Shown: positions 47,912 to 59,804 of the stretch, in pieces
Numbering within the stretch: position 1 is the stretch's first letter
Layout of the letters: every line of letters starts with the position of its first letter
Origin: Diplonema japonicum
Lineage: Eukaryota; Protista; Euglenozoa: Diplonemea
Assembly (NCBI GenBank): GCA_964019335.1
Contig: OZ025691.1
Coordinates: 372,001-436,000, forward strand
Direction of reading: 5' to 3'
DNA: 64,000 bases
The notes under the pieces: generated by a model
The model's input: the letters and a program-made list of their open reading frames with translations, nothing else
Told to the model about the DNA's origin: nothing
Database searches by the model: none
Program-made: the position numbers and the translations under genes

Positions 47912-49794
47912 ATGAAGCGTAGTGCATCTGGCAGTGACGCCGCGGCTAAGAAGCCGCGTGCCGTGAAGGTCGCCTTGTTGTCTGTTTTCAACAAGTCGGG
48001 GCTTGTCGAGGTGGGGAAGGAGCTTGCTGCTCTTAACTTCTCCCTTGCCGCAAGCGGTGGCACTTCGAAGGCCTTGAAGGGTGCTGGTCTTAAGTGCGAC
48101 GATGTCTCTGACCTCACCAAGGCCCCCGAGATGCTCGGTGGGAGGGTGAAGACCCTGCACCCTGCTGTGCACGGTGGTATCCTTGCTAGGGAGACGGAGC
48201 AGGACATGGGCGAGCTCGCCAACCGTGGCTACAGCCCCATCGACCTGGTTTTCTGCAACCTGTACCCCTTCTTGGAGGTCATCAAGAAGGACGGCGTGAC
48301 CATCGCCCAGGCTGTCGAGGAGGTCGACATCGGTGGTGTGACCCTTCTCAGGGCCGCCGCCAAGAACCACGCCAGGGTGACCGTTGTGTGCGACCCCACT
48401 GACTACCCCACCATCATCTCCGAGCTCAAGGCCAACGGTGAGGTCTCCCTTGAGACCAGGAAGAAGCTTGCTGTGAAGGCCTTCGAGCACACTGCCCAGT
48501 ACGACGCTGCCATCAGCCAGCACTTCCGCTCGCAGTACCTTGGCACCACCTCCGAGAAGCCTTGCCAGATGCCCCTCCGTTACGGGTGCAACCCCCACCA
48601 GAAGCCCTCGCAGGTGTGGACCGAGAACTGCCCCCTCCCCATCACCATTGCTGCCGGCAGCCCTGGGTACATCAACTTCCTTGACGCCCTGAACAGTTGG
48701 GCGCTTGTGTCCGAGCTGAAGGCCGCCCTCAACCTTCCCGCTGCGGCCTCCTTCAAGCACGTGTCGCCTGCGGGTGCTGCTGTCGGTGTCGCCCTTACTG
48801 ACGACGAGAAGAAGGTGTGCCAGGTTGCCGACCTTGAGCTCACCCCCCTTGCCTCTGCCTACGCGAGGGCCAGGGGCGCCGACAGGATGTCGTCCTTCGG
48901 TGACTGGGTGGCCCTGTCTGACGAGTGCGACTCCGCCACCGCCAAGATCATCTCCCGTGAGGTGTCCGACGGTGTGATCGCCCCCGGGTACAGCGCAGAG
49001 GCACTTGAGATCCTGAAGAAGAAGAAGGGTGGCAAGTACACCTGCCTGATCATGGACCCCCAGTTCAAGCCCACGGACATGGAGCTCCGCACTGTGTACG
49101 GGATCCAGATGCAGCAGCCCAGGAACTCGACCCTTATCACCCCCGAGCTTCTGAAGAACGTTACCACCAAGAACAAGGACGTGAAGGAGGGCGAGCGTGA
49201 TTTGATCGTGGCGGCCATCGCTGCCAAGTACACGCAGTCGAACAGCGTTGTGTACGCGGCCAAGGGGATGTGCGTGGGGATCGGGGCGGGGCAGCAGAGC
49301 CGTATCCACTGCACGAGGCTGGCCGGTGAAAAGGCGGACAACTACTGGATGAGGTTCCACCCCAAGGTGCTGAGCATGGAGTTTGTGAAGGGTGCCAAGA
49401 GGGCTGACAAGTCGAACGCCATTGACCTGTTCGTGACTGGCGAGGCGGAGCACTGCACGGAGGAGGAAAGGAAGGCGTGGGAGGCAACGTACGCTGCGGG
49501 GAAGGTGCCTGCCTTCCTGACACAGGCAGAGAGGAAGGAGTGGATGAAGAAGGCGGAGAACAGGGCCATTGCGTCTGACGCATTCTTCCCCTTCTCGGAC
49601 AATATCCACCGTGCGCATGCTTCCGGTGTGAAGTACATCGTGGCCCCAGGTGGTTCCACCAATGACAAGGTTTGTATTTGAAAAAGATGGGTTTTTTTTT
49701 TTAATTTTTATTTCTTTCACAGGTTGTCATCGACACTGCTGACAGCTACGGGATGGTTATCTGCCACACCAACCTCAGGCTTTTCCACCACTAG
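47912..49794 (+). CDS. ATIC: Bifunctional AICAR transformylase / IMP cyclohydrolase; intron 49670-49722
   Basis: [68 protein letters not shown]; last exon ends NLRLFHH*. Confidence 0.97.
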
Positions 49795-50306
49795 GTTGCA
49801 CTTTGAAGCACCAAGGAATGTTCCTCTTAGAACTGTCTTCCCCTTTTAAAAGTTTTTTTTTCATGTTGTTTTTATTTTATTTTTTGCTATCAGTGTTGGG
49901 CTTCAAAAGACGTCCCCGCCGTCCTCTCCCTGCCCCCTTGCTTCGAGAGAAAAGAGGAAAGAAAAGAGTATGATCAGGCGAGTTTTTTTTTTTTTTTTCC
50001 TTCATTTTTTTTTCTTTTTTTTTTTTAGGAAAGGGGTTTTATCTTTATTTTTCCTTCTTTTCTTTTCATTTTTTTCTTCCCCCCCTCACCCCCTTTTTCT
50101 CGGTTTTTTTTTCTTTGCAATGGTTTCAGTGATAAATCGCCCACAGAAGGAACTTAAAGATGAATTGCGAGCAGTATAGAAACTAAGGTGGCAACCGAGG
50201 ATCGCATCAACAACATCAACAAGCAGTTCGTTCACTTCGCAGCAGATGAGCGGCGTTATGTGAGGAAACAGTAGAATAGAAAAAGGCTTCAGCTTTTCAG
50301 CGAACG

Positions 50307-50820
50307 TGTTTTTTTTTTTTTTTTTTTTTTTTTTTTAGGCGATCCTGCCCTCCCTCTGTCTCTTGTTTGCCCCTTCCTCCTGTTTCATCCGCCTCCTCCG
50401 GGTCGGACCTCCTGTGCTTGCTCTATCCTCGCCACAAGATCGTACAGCCTCCCCTCTCCTCCGACGTGGTGCACTCGTCGCGCAGCAGCTGGGAGTACTC
50501 TTCGCCTCCTCCCCGCCGCACTCCTCCATCACTTGTTTCACCCCCCAAACGTTTCCACCGCAAAGGGGCGGAACTGCTTGTGAGCCTCCTTGCACGCTTC
50601 CATGTGCTTCTTCTTCTTCGCCTCCTGGACCTTGTTCGCAGCATAGCCAGCAGTTTTTGAAAGCCTGTTCCAGGTTGCCCACCGTCCTCGGGTGCACCAC
50701 CGTCACATCCACCGCCAGCCCGTGGCCATTTCCTTGTATCCCGCTCGGAGAAGGATGCGATGTTCGCCACTCTCAGGTGCCCGGCAGCTCCTCAGGCCCA
50801 GCCCTCCCCTCCTTACTGCT
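50307..50820 (-). mobile_element. 5'-truncated, frameshifted CRE/SLACS-type non-LTR retrotransposon 3' end (restriction-like endonuclease) with poly(A) tail
   Basis: Minus-strand frames read HLRVANI, GLAVDVTVVHP and AGYAANKVQEAKKKKHMEACKEAHKQFRPFAVETFGG; ends ...caggatcgccTAA-(A)n. Confidence 0.75.
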
Positions 50821-50945
50821 TTTTTTTTTGAACCCCGCAAGAAAAACACCATGTTTCACAGGGATAGGGTTTTTTTTTACTCTTTTTTTTTCTTATTTTT
50901 ACATTCGAACTCTTCAAAAAAAAAAAAAAGAAAAAAAAGTGTTAC

Positions 50946-52630
50946 ATGGGAACACCGCCTCCTCAAGGAGACCTTCTGACATGGGTGATGAGGGATTACG
51001 TGCTGCCGGGGGTCGTGTTCTTCGCGATGGTGTTCTACCTGATCAAGCATGTGTTCAAACCGGCGGCGGAGCTGAACATCCTGAGGAGCATCACAAGGGA
51101 GGGGATGGAGATGCCTGTCGAAGAAGTACCGGAGGAGGACCTCAAAAAGGAATAAAACCCCCACATGAAGAGGAAAACACAAAAAGAAAACGAATTGAGG
51201 CAAGCGAAACAGCAGAATGGTTAAAAATCGACGCGGAACGTGCCGTCGCATCAAGCAAAGGAGTAGACACAGAGGGGCTTAAGAAAGAGATGAAGGAGCT
51301 ATCGGTCACGATTAGAGAATTGAAAAAAGCCGAACCAAAGGACTCCGTGACGCTTCAAACCTGCATCAACAGAATGAACGCGATCCGTTCGTTCTTCGCC
51401 GCCAGCAACAGCAGAAAGCGGGTCCTCACCGATACGGATTCTCATAAAAAGTCCAAACCGGAGATCCCATCACACCCTGTCCAGGTCCCCTGCAGCGTCC
51501 CGCTTTACCGTCGATCGTCCTTCACACAGATGGGAGATGAAGTGGAGAAAAGATCAAAATGCAGACATGTTTTGAGTGATAAGATCCTGGACACAATGCT
51601 GGCAGGGGTTGAAGCGCCGTACTCGAATCCCGATGCATTCAAAACGTCGGATTTGAAATGTGAAATCTGTTTGTGGAACGTTACCTCGTATTTCCTTACA
51701 AACGGGTGGGAACAACATGCTAAGGAAACCCTCCTTCCTCTGATCAGCGACGAGACCCAAAATGGGTACCTCGCACTGCTGAAGGGTATTGTGTTGGAAT
51801 CCACGGGCAGCCCCTCGGAACTGTTCACAAAACACTACACAGCAGCGGTGACTATGAACGGACACATTGGGAAGACGTACTTCGGTGTGTGCAACATGGA
51901 GGAACATTCGCTTCCGCTGTCGATCTTCAAAGACTTCCGCATCATATCGAAGGAGGCGAACACCATTCAGCACCGGGACATGAAACGGTTGTTAAAACAC
52001 GTTATGTTCAACAAAAGGGGAATGGACGCATACCCGTCGTCGTGCCCAACGAAAGAGATCAAAGCCGCTAACCACGTTTGTGTCAGGCATCTCATTAGCC
52101 CTTCGGTGGTCGCACTGCTATCCCAGCACTACAACGATCTAATTACAACAGGCGCTGTGACATTCGGAGACAGAAGGACTGCAAGGTACTTCGCGTACAA
52201 CGATCCCTTGGCCAGGATTGTCATGGCACAGTTGACTCCTTACATTAAGAATCTTGTGGGTACTGATGTAAAACCGTCTTACTCATACATGATTTCGTAC
52301 AGAGACGCGTCTGAGCTTGTTCCCCATCAGGACAGAGAGCAGGCTGAGATTGTTGTGTCAATACAGCTTTCGATGACACCTGAATGCGATGTGTGGCCTT
52401 TGTGCATTGGGAACATACCACAGCCGCCCAAAAGGGGAGACGCGCCCCGTCCAGCACCCCATGACACATCGTCTCATGTGATGTATAACGGCGATGCCGT
52501 CATATTCAAGGGCCGTGTTATGATCCATTGGAGGGACGTGATCCCCCCTGGCACGGAGACCACCGTCTTGCTCGTGCACTATGTCCACTCCGACTTCAAA
52601 GGATCCCTTAAAACAGGGTTCAATGACTGA
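50946..52630 (+). CDS. 2OG-Fe(II) dioxygenase-domain protein with a WHEP-like helix pair; the TM-containing 5' exon (50946 to ~51150) is probably joined by an unresolved intron
   Basis: PSYSYMISY..SELVPHQDREQAE..GDAVIFKG..HWRD..LLVHYV (HxD...H); the join needs an intron of length 3n+2. Confidence 0.65.
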
Positions 52631-52734
52631 GAGTCAGAGTAGGTGTTATCATCGCCGTGCCAAGCAGCTTCGTTACTTTTTTTTTATTTTTTTTTATGAG
52701 TTTTTGTAAGCCGTGTAGATAGGAAAAACACAAT

Positions 52735-54384
52735 ATGACCGATGAGACACCTGTGAAGGAGGAGAAGCCGCTGATCGACGTAAACAAAATCGAAGAGGTC
52801 AACAATGAGGATAAGAAAAAGCTGCGCTTGATCCAGGTCCTGTACGGAACGGGGCACATTCTGAACGACCTGTGCGCGGCGTCGTGGTTCAGCTACATGT
52901 TGGTGTTTTTCGAACGGGTAGCGTTGTTGTCTGGCGCTGCAAGCGGTGCCCTAGTCCTGCTGGGACAGGTGGTCGATGCACTGACAACCCCTCTTGTAGG
53001 TATCGGGTGCGACATGAGCGCAGCAAGTGCTGACCCCGCCATCCCAGGCGATGCAGTGAGAAAAAGGCTTCCATGGCATCTTTTCGGAAGCATTCTTGTA
53101 GCGCTGTCCTACCCTGGCCTCTTCATTCAGGACTCACAGTACACATACGGCAGCAGCAACATTGCGGTCTTCATGTGGTACGCGGTGTTTGTGACCTTCT
53201 TCCAGATCGGGTGGGCGACTGTGCAGATCTCTCATCTTGCGTTGATCCCGGACCTCAGCGTGGGGAAGGCATCAAGGAAGACCTCGCTCAACGCGACACG
53301 GTACGCAGCCACCGTGCTGTCGACGGTTGCTGTGTACACTGTTGCGTGGGCGTTGCTCGGCACTGCAGGCGATGATTCCAACAGCGGCGATAACTCGACA
53401 AGCTCGGATGAGACCAACAACCTTACGCGTGCCAACCACGTCCAGTTTAAGATCCTCGCGACATTCATCACCGTAACAGGCATCGTGTTCACACTCCTCA
53501 TCTTTCAGAACGGCATGCGGTACGTCACTAAGAAGTACGGCCACCTCCTTGCCGACCCTCAGTCGCCGATGGCAGGCAACACCGCAAAAACGAAAGACAC
53601 AACCGCAATGTGGCTGCACTGCAGGAAGTTTTACTACGTGGGTATGATGTACATGTGTACTAGGCTGCTGGTCAACATGACGCAAACGTACCTTGCCTTG
53701 TACCTACTCGACACACTGGAGATGGAGAAGACATCCATCGCAACCACACCTCTGGTACTGTACGCTGCATCCCTCACAGGGACGGCAGTTATCGGGAAGA
53801 TCGTGAAGAAGTTGGGACACAACAAGAGCTACGCGGTTGCAATAGCAGGGTGCTTGGCTGCCGCTGCTGCGATGTACTCAATCCCAAAAGACCAGTCATG
53901 GTTGATTTACCCCACCGCTGCTGGATTCGGTCTATCATCCTCTCTGTTAATGGTGTCGTGCCTCACCATTGTGGCCAAGCTTATTGGGGACCTCCCTGGG
54001 TCGGCATTTGTGTATGGTGCCTTCTCGTTTAGTGATAAGATGAGTTCAGGGATTGTGATTATGATTATTCAGACGGTGGACCTTGGGGTGTCTGATGAGC
54101 AGTTCTACAGGCTGGTTGTTGGCGTTATGCCTGCATTTGTCGCAGTGCTCGCGCTGTTGTTTGTGTTTTTGTGTAACAGGACATCTAACCCGACTTCTTG
54201 GGAGGATTATAGTAATAATAAGAACCTTCAGTCACCCTCTGGAACACCTACTGAAAATGTAATTAACATCTCATATGGGACAATTAATGCTGATACCCTG
54301 GAGAGGACGGATGACGGACCGCAGAATATTATCGATGTTGTCCGCTCTACCCAGTTGACCGACCACTTCGCCGAACCTCTGTAA
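52735..54384 (+). CDS. MFS (MFS_2/GPH-type) transporter, MFSD12-like
   Basis: YGTGHILNDLCAASWFSY, FQIGWATVQISHLALIP, YMCTRLLVN..Q.Y, AFVYGAFSFSDK. Confidence 0.9.
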   Translation: MTDETPVKEEKPLIDVNKIEEVNNEDKKKLRLIQVLYGTGHILNDLCAASWFSYMLVFFERVALLSGAASGALVLLGQVVDALTTPLVGIGCDMSAASADPAIPGDAVRKRLPWHLFGSILVALSYPGLFIQDSQYTYGSSNIAVFMWYAVFVTFFQIGWATVQISHLALIPDLSVGKASRKTSLNATRYAATVLSTVAVYTVAWALLGTAGDDSNSGDNSTSSDETNNLTRANHVQFKILATFITVTGIVFTLLIFQNGMRYVTKKYGHLLADPQSPMAGNTAKTKDTTAMWLHCRKFYYVGMMYMCTRLLVNMTQTYLALYLLDTLEMEKTSIATTPLVLYAASLTGTAVIGKIVKKLGHNKSYAVAIAGCLAAAAAMYSIPKDQSWLIYPTAAGFGLSSSLLMVSCLTIVAKLIGDLPGSAFVYGAFSFSDKMSSGIVIMIIQTVDLGVSDEQFYRLVVGVMPAFVAVLALLFVFLCNRTSNPTSWEDYSNNKNLQSPSGTPTENVINISYGTINADTLERTDDGPQNIIDVVRSTQLTDHFAEPL

Positions 54385-54407
54385 AAGAAATGATGACGAC
54401 AATGAGA

Positions 54408-54443
<36 letters not shown>

Positions 54444-55226
54444 CCCTTTCTTAGGGTGATCCTTTCCCCTCCCTTCCCTTGCTCTCTTCTCCGGGTCCCT
54501 TTTTTTTTTTTTTTTTTTTTTTTGTTGTAAAAACGAGTCTAACTTGTCTAAATAGGGAACGTTGAATGTTCACGGGTTTATAGACTTTCTCCCAGGTTTC
54601 TACCCGGAACGTGTAAACAAATTCCTTTTTTTTTTTTTGTGTTTGGTTCTGATATCTTGTCACATTTTTTTATCCCCCCCCTCACTTTTTTTTTTCCGAG
54701 CATTCTTTTTGTTTTATCCATTCCTCTTTTACTATTACTCTTTTTCCCTTGTCCCTTCCCCCCCCCTTTTTTTTGCTATGTGGACCTCCCAAAAGAATTC
54801 TCATGGGGTCAGATTTTTTGTTTGTATAATTCCTTTATTTTGCGGGGGGATTTGTTTTACTGCACTGCCCACCACAGTTTTTTTTTTTTTTTTTTTTGTC
54901 CCGAAAAAAAAAAAAGAAAAAAGAAAAAGGAGCCAAGGACACTTTCTTTCCAGGACAGATAAAAAAAAAAAGAAAATAAAAAAAAAAAGAAGAGATTTTC
55001 CCAGTATTTCTTTTCTTCTTCTTCTTCTTTGTTTTCCCTGTTTCTTAGTGTAAGTGTTTCTTCAAAGTAAATGATTTTATTATTATATGCAACTTGTGCC
55101 GAGCAAAAAAAAAGCCTTTAATTTATTATTTTTTTTCTGCTCGTGAACAACAAGGACATATAGTCTTTAAAAAGTTATATCTTTGACACCCTCCAACCTC
55201 CTCATATGTGTAACTTGAAAATGCCA

Positions 55227-55264
55227 GAGCGGGCATGGTATGACCCATTTTCACATGCCCGCTC
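55227..55264. other. Inverted repeat / stem-loop with 11-bp perfect arms
   Basis: gagcgggcatg ...16 nt... catgcccgctc. Confidence 0.6.
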
Positions 55265-56044
55265 GCTCACTCAAGGAGGTTTTTCTCTCTTTTTTTTTTT
55301 TGGGAGGGGTGGGGGTGTTTGGGCAATACAATTTTAACACACAAAAGCTTCAATATTATTTAGCGTTTAGATGCGTTGGTTTTTGCACTGAAAAAAAGAA
55401 GCTAAAGCTATGCAGGAATGGTATATTCAAAAGGCGGACACCTTAATTAGTAGCTGATCCTTGCTATGTTTCCCCCCCCCCCCTCTTTTTATCGTTCGTG
55501 ACCAATGCACACAAAAAAAAAAGAAGAAAATTTAATATTTTAATTTCCTAGAAGAAATAAGGTTGGGTTTTAGCCTGTGTTGTTTGGAGTAACACTCAAG
55601 ACCGACGACAGGTGTCGCCGGATCAAGAGTTTTTTTTTTTTCTTTTTTTTTTTTTTGCAGGAAGGTAGTGACTTTATTTCCAGGTTTACAATTTAAAAAA
55701 AAAAAAGAAGAAAATACAAGATTTTTTGTACCTACTGCCTAGAGAGTGACTTTCTGGGTTTTTTTTTTCTTTTTTTTTTTCTATGTGCGTGTTCTTTGGG
55801 TGCTGAAACCTTTTTTTTTTTTTTTCCCTCTTTTTTTTTTTTCCCTACACTAGGATTTTTTTTTTTTGTCAATCCCAGTCTTCCTCAATAACAGTTTATT
55901 TTTATTAGAATGGACAATTTTGGTGGAAAAAAAAAAAAGAAAAAAGAGAGGAAAATAAAAAAAAAAGAAAAGGTTTTCTACAACAAGAAAGCAAGAAGAA
56001 TGTACAGTATAATTGGGGGAGGGGGGGGAAATAATTCGATAGTT

Positions 56045-56155
56045 TATATGCGAGATAAAAAGGAAACCAGTATATTGGTGGCGCCCTGCACAAGCATTGT
56101 CTACTTGAATACAGGGGCGCACCTCGGCCGAGTTGTAGCTTCTGCATTCCGCGAA
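56045..56155. repeat. Dispersed repeat family A, copy 5 (opposite orientation, partial)
   Basis: Reverse complement gcggaatgcagaagctacaa..ggtgcgcccc..tcaagtagaca..cagggcgccacca matches 7255-7365. Confidence 0.75.
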
Positions 56156-56869
56156 TGGCGCCCGACATCTGATGTACTTCTTTGTCTCCATGAGCCCCCA
56201 CCTCCTGAAGAAAGAAAAGAGGGCTTAGAACCTGTTATCTGAGCATTAATTTTCTATTTTCCCCTTTGCACCTCTTTTTTTTTTCTTCTTCTTTTATGAT
56301 ACAAAATACAGCAAAAAGAAAAAAGAAAAAAGAGGGTGGACCAAAGAAAAAAGAAAAGAAAGAATGGAGTGGAGTGGAAGTTTGCTATGGGCCTCTGTCT
56401 CCGCCCCCTATTCCCTCCCTTGACTCTTTCTTTTAAAAGGGAGAAGAAATAAAAATAAAAAAAAAATAAAAAGAAAATAAATACCGGATTTGTATTTATA
56501 TTTGTTTCCGCATTAATAATGGTCTGTTCATTTAATGTACTGTATAAATTATGTACCTTTTTCGAATTTTTTTGCCTAATTTGGGACTTTTCACATAACA
56601 AAATAAGTACAAATCCGGTAAAAAAAAAATATGTTTCAGGTGAGCCCCTTTTGTTATCAAGCAGCAGACGGTTCTTGTCAACAGCGGCCTCCTTTAACTC
56701 TTATAGTGGTGGGCCGTTGCTAACCACTTCGTTCCTATCATAGTGAATTTTTTTTATTTTTTTTCCTTCTCCCTTAGTATAAATTTCTAAGTAGTCGAAT
56801 GCGAAGCCCTCATCATGATTGTCGTCTTCCTACCCCACGAGCTTTATGTTCATGAGAAATCTTTGAGTC

Positions 56870-56910
<41 letters not shown>

Positions 56911-57284
56911 TGTACCAAAAAAGAAAATCTTTTTTTTAAATAAAAACAACAACAACAACAATAATAAATAATAATAATAAATACTACAATAATATTAATG
57001 AAGCCAGGTGCAGTAAGTAAAACGTATCCCTCCTTTTCTCCTCTTCCCTCTTATTTCTTCTTTTTTTCTTCTTCTTTTTTGTGGTGGCGCAGTAACAATT
57101 TAAGGGAAAAAGTGAGAGAGAAAAAAAAAAAAGAGAATTGTGCCTAAAAGAGACATTTGGTACCTTTTCCTTCCCTCTTTTTTGTGCTTCTGCTAGCAGA
57201 TTTATTTTATTTGGTGATAAGCACTCACCTCTATCCCTCTGCCCCTATTTCCTCTCTTTCCTCTTTTTCTTCTTTTTTTTTTTT

Positions 57285-57352
57285 TGCTTGAACAAGAAAC
57301 AATATATTATTGATAATGATAGGTTAACCCCGGCTGTGCACAAACAAATAAC
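57285..57352. repeat. Dispersed repeat C, copy 2
   Basis: Matches 5980-6085 with an internal deletion. Confidence 0.65.
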
Positions 57353-58885
57353 TTAACATCCTTTTAGCATGCTTAAATCGGCTTTCTCAGGCATTTATAC
57401 GGAAATTTACGTCAAATGAAAAAAAGTGACGAAGGTTTTTTAAAAAGAAAAAAGAAAAAAAACGAAGACTATTTTCTTTGATGAATGTTTTTTTTTTTTT
57501 TTTATTCTGACGAAAAAAAGATTTTTTTGGCAGCCGGAAAAAAAAAAAAAAAACAAAGTTCTACTTCCCAAAAAAAGAAAAAAAGAAATGGAAAAGAAAA
57601 CAAATGTTTTTACGCAACTTTTTTTTTTTTTTTTTCTTACCCCGTTCCTTTTGTTTTCTAGTGTTTCCAAGATCAACAAAATATTTCCCCCCCCCGTTTT
57701 TTTTTTTTTAAGGCAAGGTCAAAAGAAGAATATAAAAAGGGCAACAACAGAGTGTGTGTTTTACGAGGAGAGGAAAAAAAAAAAAAAAAAAAAAAAAAAA
57801 AGCCCCTTTATTTCTCTGATGTTTTCCCCCTCATTCCCCATTTTCTCTCTCTCTCTCTTCCCCCCTTCCCCACCTTTTTGTTTGTGAAATACCCCAGCCC
57901 GTAGCTTTTTTAAAAAACATTTTTATGTTATTTTGTTGACTTGCGAAGATAAAAAGAAATGCATTTTTTTTTCTCTTTTGGTGGGGTGGTTTACTACACT
58001 TTCTCTCATCATCGTGGAAAAAAGAATCCCCCCCCCTCAATCCCTGAATACGAAGAAATAAAAATAAGAATGTTTTTTTTTGTTTTTTTTTTAAGAAATG
58101 TTTCACCCGGCGACCGTCTCATGCCCCACGCACTCCCCTGTGTTGCTGTTCACAATGACACCCTAGAAAAAACTTGACTTGTCTAACATTAGGGGAAAGT
58201 TCTTTTTTTTTTTTTTATCTTTATACCGGACTTGGGATTATTATGTGCGTACTTATCACGCGTCGTTGCTGCGATACTTGTGTATTTCTTTTTTTTTTTT
58301 TTTTTTTATATGATTTGCTTTGAAACATGAGTTGAAGTAGAAATTTAAGGCGAATTGTTCAGTCACCTGGATCGTTACAACAGTTACATTATAATCCCAG
58401 CGAGTCCGGGGAATGGTTTTTATGATTCTTTAGGTTTCAAGGTGTAGGCCAACAAAAAAAGCAGGCTCCCTTGAAATTTTTATTCCTTGTCAATCTCTTC
58501 AGACCTTCCTCCCTTCCCCCCCTCCAGACTTAAGCTGACGACTCACTACCACTTTCTTTCTTTGTTTTCCTCTATACGGAAAGAAAGGAAAATGAGAGAA
58601 AATAGTAAAAAAAAAAAAAAAAAAATGTCGTTATTCGTCCTATTTCGGCTCCCTATTCCCCTCCCCCCCCGCTCCCGTCATAGTGAAAATTTGTTCCAGA
58701 ATCATCTCCCCCTCCGCTCCCCTTTTATTTTTCTGCCTCCAATGGGCCAAAGGGAAGAGGAAAAAAAAGCATAACTGAGATGGATTTTGGTGACCCAGAA
58801 GTAATTTTCTGAGGTTTCTTTATTTTTTATTTTTTTTTTATTTAATTCTGAGCAGCTCTCTTAAAGAATTTAGGCTAGAAGATAT

Positions 58886-59014
58886 AAATCAGGTTTCACT
58901 TTATTTCACGCCCAGACCTGGGCGTGAAATAAGATATCTGATTTTTTTTCCTCATGTTTTTTTAAAACTTTTAAACGTTGCTGGGCGTAAAAATCAGGTA
59001 CTTTATTTCACACC
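58886..59014. repeat. Palindromic cassette: 15-bp perfect arms with a 2-nt spacer, plus a partial duplicate
   Basis: ttatttcacgcccag-ac-ctgggcgtgaaataa (58901-58932); ctgggcgtaaaaatcaggtactttatttcac at 58981. Confidence 0.75.
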
Positions 59015-59502
59015 AAAATGGTAAGAAAACCGAAGCAGGCGACAAACGGCATCACGCAAGCAAAATGGCCTACAGGAAGGAGTGGGAGGTACCACTCGAT
59101 CAAACCCAATAGAAAAACACGGCTAACTGTTGAACAAACACAGCAGTCCCCTGAGCAGCTCATCATTAAATAAAATGTAGTATTGAATAAAATCAGAGCA
59201 TGATTTCACTTGTGGGGACCCCACGCGTTTTATTTCTCTCTCTTAAAAACTCTTATCACGGATAACTGCATGAAGGGCCCTCCTCCCTCCTTTGTGTCCC
59301 TATCCCACTCAAAGGGAGTTACTTTTTTTTTTCGCGCGGCCAGTTTTTTCCCACGAAGGGTTGTTCTGAGCCTAAAATGGGAGTGCTTTGACATTTAGGG
59401 GCCGGTGTCACGCTGTGAGGTGCTGCCCCACCCTGTCGTCTTCCCAAAATTAAATACCACATAAAAGGCCACTTTTTTTTTTTTTTTGATAGTTTTACAC
59501 AC

Positions 59503-59538
<36 letters not shown>

Positions 59539-59726
59539 AGGTTTTTTCAAAAAAGGCTTTTTATTTTATTTGAAAAAAAAGAAATATTTTTATTTGAATG
59601 AATGTAATGCAACATGATTTTTTTTTTTTTCAAAAAGAAAAAAAACACCCTTACGTGCCCGGGAAATAAGGATTAAAACATTTTTTTCTTCTTTTTTTTT
59701 GGGGGGGAGAGAGTTTTTTTTTTTGA

Positions 59727-59804
59727 TATTTCACTCTTCTGAAATTACTTTCACGCACTCGGGGGTACTCTTTAGTAAGAGTAATTTCAGAGTGTCGTGA
59801 AATA
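59727..59804. repeat. Imperfect inverted repeat with tatttcac/gtgaaata ends
   Basis: tatttcac..tctgaaattact ... agtaatttcaga..gtgaaata. Confidence 0.65.

Noticed and set aside
47681-49720. 679-aa antisense ORF opposite ATIC
   Set aside because: Shadow of strong codon bias in register with the sense frame; no motifs and no processing signals
50119-50274. Short coding-like stretch (MVSVINRPQKELK... / VATEDRINNINK...)
   Set aside because: Needs a 14-nt intron or a frameshift; at best a gene fragment
50363-50945. N-terminal part of the 755-aa ORF
   Set aside because: It is the antisense strand of the retrotransposon relic plus spacer, open by chance
56076-56090. TGGCGCCC resembling a tRNA-Lys primer-binding site
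   Set aside because: Match stops at 8 nt; no adjacent LTR or gag/pol
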